Source: Cyanobium sp. (GTDB taxonomy: Bacteria > Cyanobacteriota > Cyanobacteriia > PCC-6307 > Cyanobiaceae). Taken from it: a stretch of 64,000 nucleotides of DNA. A program made the position numbers and the translations under genes. Under the pieces are notes generated by a model that was given only the letters and a program-made list of their open reading frames with translations, was not told the DNA's origin and ran no database searches. Shown piece by piece: positions 62,401-64,000 of this stretch (its first letter is position 1; every line of letters begins with the position of its first letter). The stretch lies in assembly GCA_046081785.1 (NCBI GenBank), contig JBJTWN010000237.1:343-64342 (forward strand), written 5' to 3'.

Positions 62401-64000
62401 GGGATCGTTTACTTCGTCAAATCTTACGCTTGAGGAAATGGCGATAAATTGCGAATCTGTATCTACACCCCCACTGAAATCAATGCTAACAGGCAAATAT
62501 TTCTTTTCCTGTTTCGTTGTTGAAATGCCCTTCTTCAAAGTCCCTTCGCTGATCGCCTTGATCGTGCCACCCACTTCAGCTTTGACCGTAGCAATATCAT
62601 CAGCTCCAATAGATTTATAACTGCCATCGAATACAACTTTAGCTCCAAACTGTTTCCGAATGCCGAGGAAATTGATCCCGGCCCAGGTGGCCCCCCAATC
62701 ATTGGTTTTATCATTGTCGTTGATGTACTGAATAGCAGATCCTACTTCTCCCAGATATTGTCCTCCAATCAAGGGAATTTTGGCAGGTACACTCGCTTTT
62801 AGCTGACCTATATAACCAAAATTGAAATTAGAGTCCGCTGCAAAACTCACATTTCCGACCAAGAATTTAGACAATATATCAAATTCAGACTTACCGGACA
62901 GAGTCTTGTTGCTCCAATCTACCTTAAGGGAACCGTTTGCGGTTGCAAATCCATTAATGCCCAAGATTTCATTCTTAAAGCCAGGGAGTAATTCAACTTT
63001 GCCATTAATTCCCATGGCTTGGAGGGAGAATTCTGCATCTACACTTGCTTTAACTTTTGGTTCTTTATTGAGCTTTATGATAGATTCAAAGCTTACGCCT
63101 GCACCGACTTTTGTCGGTTGATTGGTGGCAATCTCATTTACAATAAAATTGCCTCCTGTCAAGACATAAGGTGTGGAGCATAATTGATATTTGAGGCCCT
63201 GGCCATTGAAGGCTATTTTATTTAATTTCCCGTCATTAATACCTACGGTTACTGCTAAGGAGCGAGCGGGATCCTTAGTTTCCTTAGTTGGTCTAAAATC
63301 AAGCATGGTAGTAGCCAGACCAACTTCGCCTGCAACCTCAAGACTCTTTAGAAGATCTTTGGTATCACCTTCGAATGATGCTTTCTTGAGGAGAAAGACC
63401 GGCCATATGAGTATATTGTTTAATTCCACAGAACCTTTTAGTTGGAAGCCGTCGCTTCCAAACTGGATAAAATTTGGACTGGCAATATTTAGTCTTCCTG
63501 CAAACGTATCTTTTCCTTCTTTTTTAAGTTTGAAGTCACCACTTAAGCGAACCGCATATTTAGAATCATCAAAAGGGCCGAACTCCGCTTTGGAATCTCC
63601 AACTTCCAGCTTGTAGTCAGAAAAAAAACTAGGAATCGTAAAATCCCTATTCACGTTTAACTTGGGAATTGACCCTATAGTTTTTTTGTTTCATTATAGG
63701 TTACAGTGTAGTCATCTCTGCCTAAGAGTGTGTTTATGAACCGAAAACGTTCGTCTCCAAATTTAGGAACAAATTCTCCATTCACGGTAAGGGATGTATT
63801 GTCTTTTCCTTTGGTCCTTAACGTTAGGATTTTTGGTTCAAGATAAGGTTCATTTCTGAGTATTGCATTATTATTTGTATAGTCCGAAGCAGCTCCCGTG
63901 GAAGCTACTTCGTACCCCTCGGCGAGGTCTTTTTCGTCTGGCTTCTTAATGGGTAACGCAAGAGAACCACGATAGATAAAGCGTTGTCCAATACTTAGGT
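59488..64000 (-). pseudogene. Giant secreted surface/adhesin-like protein (two F5/8C-like domains, FN3, Ig-like, RTX-type C-terminus), interrupted; 5' end lies outside the window
   Basis: Open frame from the window edge to the T7 run at 63681-63687, then a frameshift; in-frame TAA at 61245-61243 between ORFs 61243..63654 and 59488..61182. Confidence 0.75.
61200..62000 (-). repeat. Tandem duplicated discoidin-like domain
   Basis: KAFDG..TK..ITTANDFSERDPASY.L.GRN twice; DNA cataggaagctgggtctcgctcaga at ~61374 and ~61827. Confidence 0.8.

Overview
High-GC picocyanobacterial chromosome segment; gene content and order resemble Cyanobium/Synechococcus. The core backbone is menE-menC-menA-menF, gshB-grx, prfB (programmed +1 frameshift), ybeY-dgkA-trpG, hisC, ndk, thiO, gatB, coaE, glnN, pyrF, nagA, chlM, murG, an OmpR/kinase pair, pgk, ylqF and rluD. 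Several AT-richer accessory inserts interrupt it. The best candidate for an undescribed system is a three-gene islet after prfB: a c-type-heme (CxxCH) membrane sensor ending at its HAMP domain with no output, a PhnD-like lipoprotein with no transporter, and a TIR domain fused to a non-RD Ser/Thr kinase with C-terminal (I/V)GP(V/I/M)A repeats. Other notable items are a MACPF-jacalin toxin-like gene, an RTX protein with three unnamed His/acid-rich ~155-aa repeats, a decaying low-oxygen tetrapyrrole locus (acsF fragment, ho with an amber stop, intact hemN) next to a cysteine-free ArsR, and a giant mosaic surface-protein gene broken by a homopolymer frameshift and an in-frame TAA. No rRNA, tRNA, CRISPR array, transposase or integrase was recognised. 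All calls come from reading motifs by eye; no searches were run.
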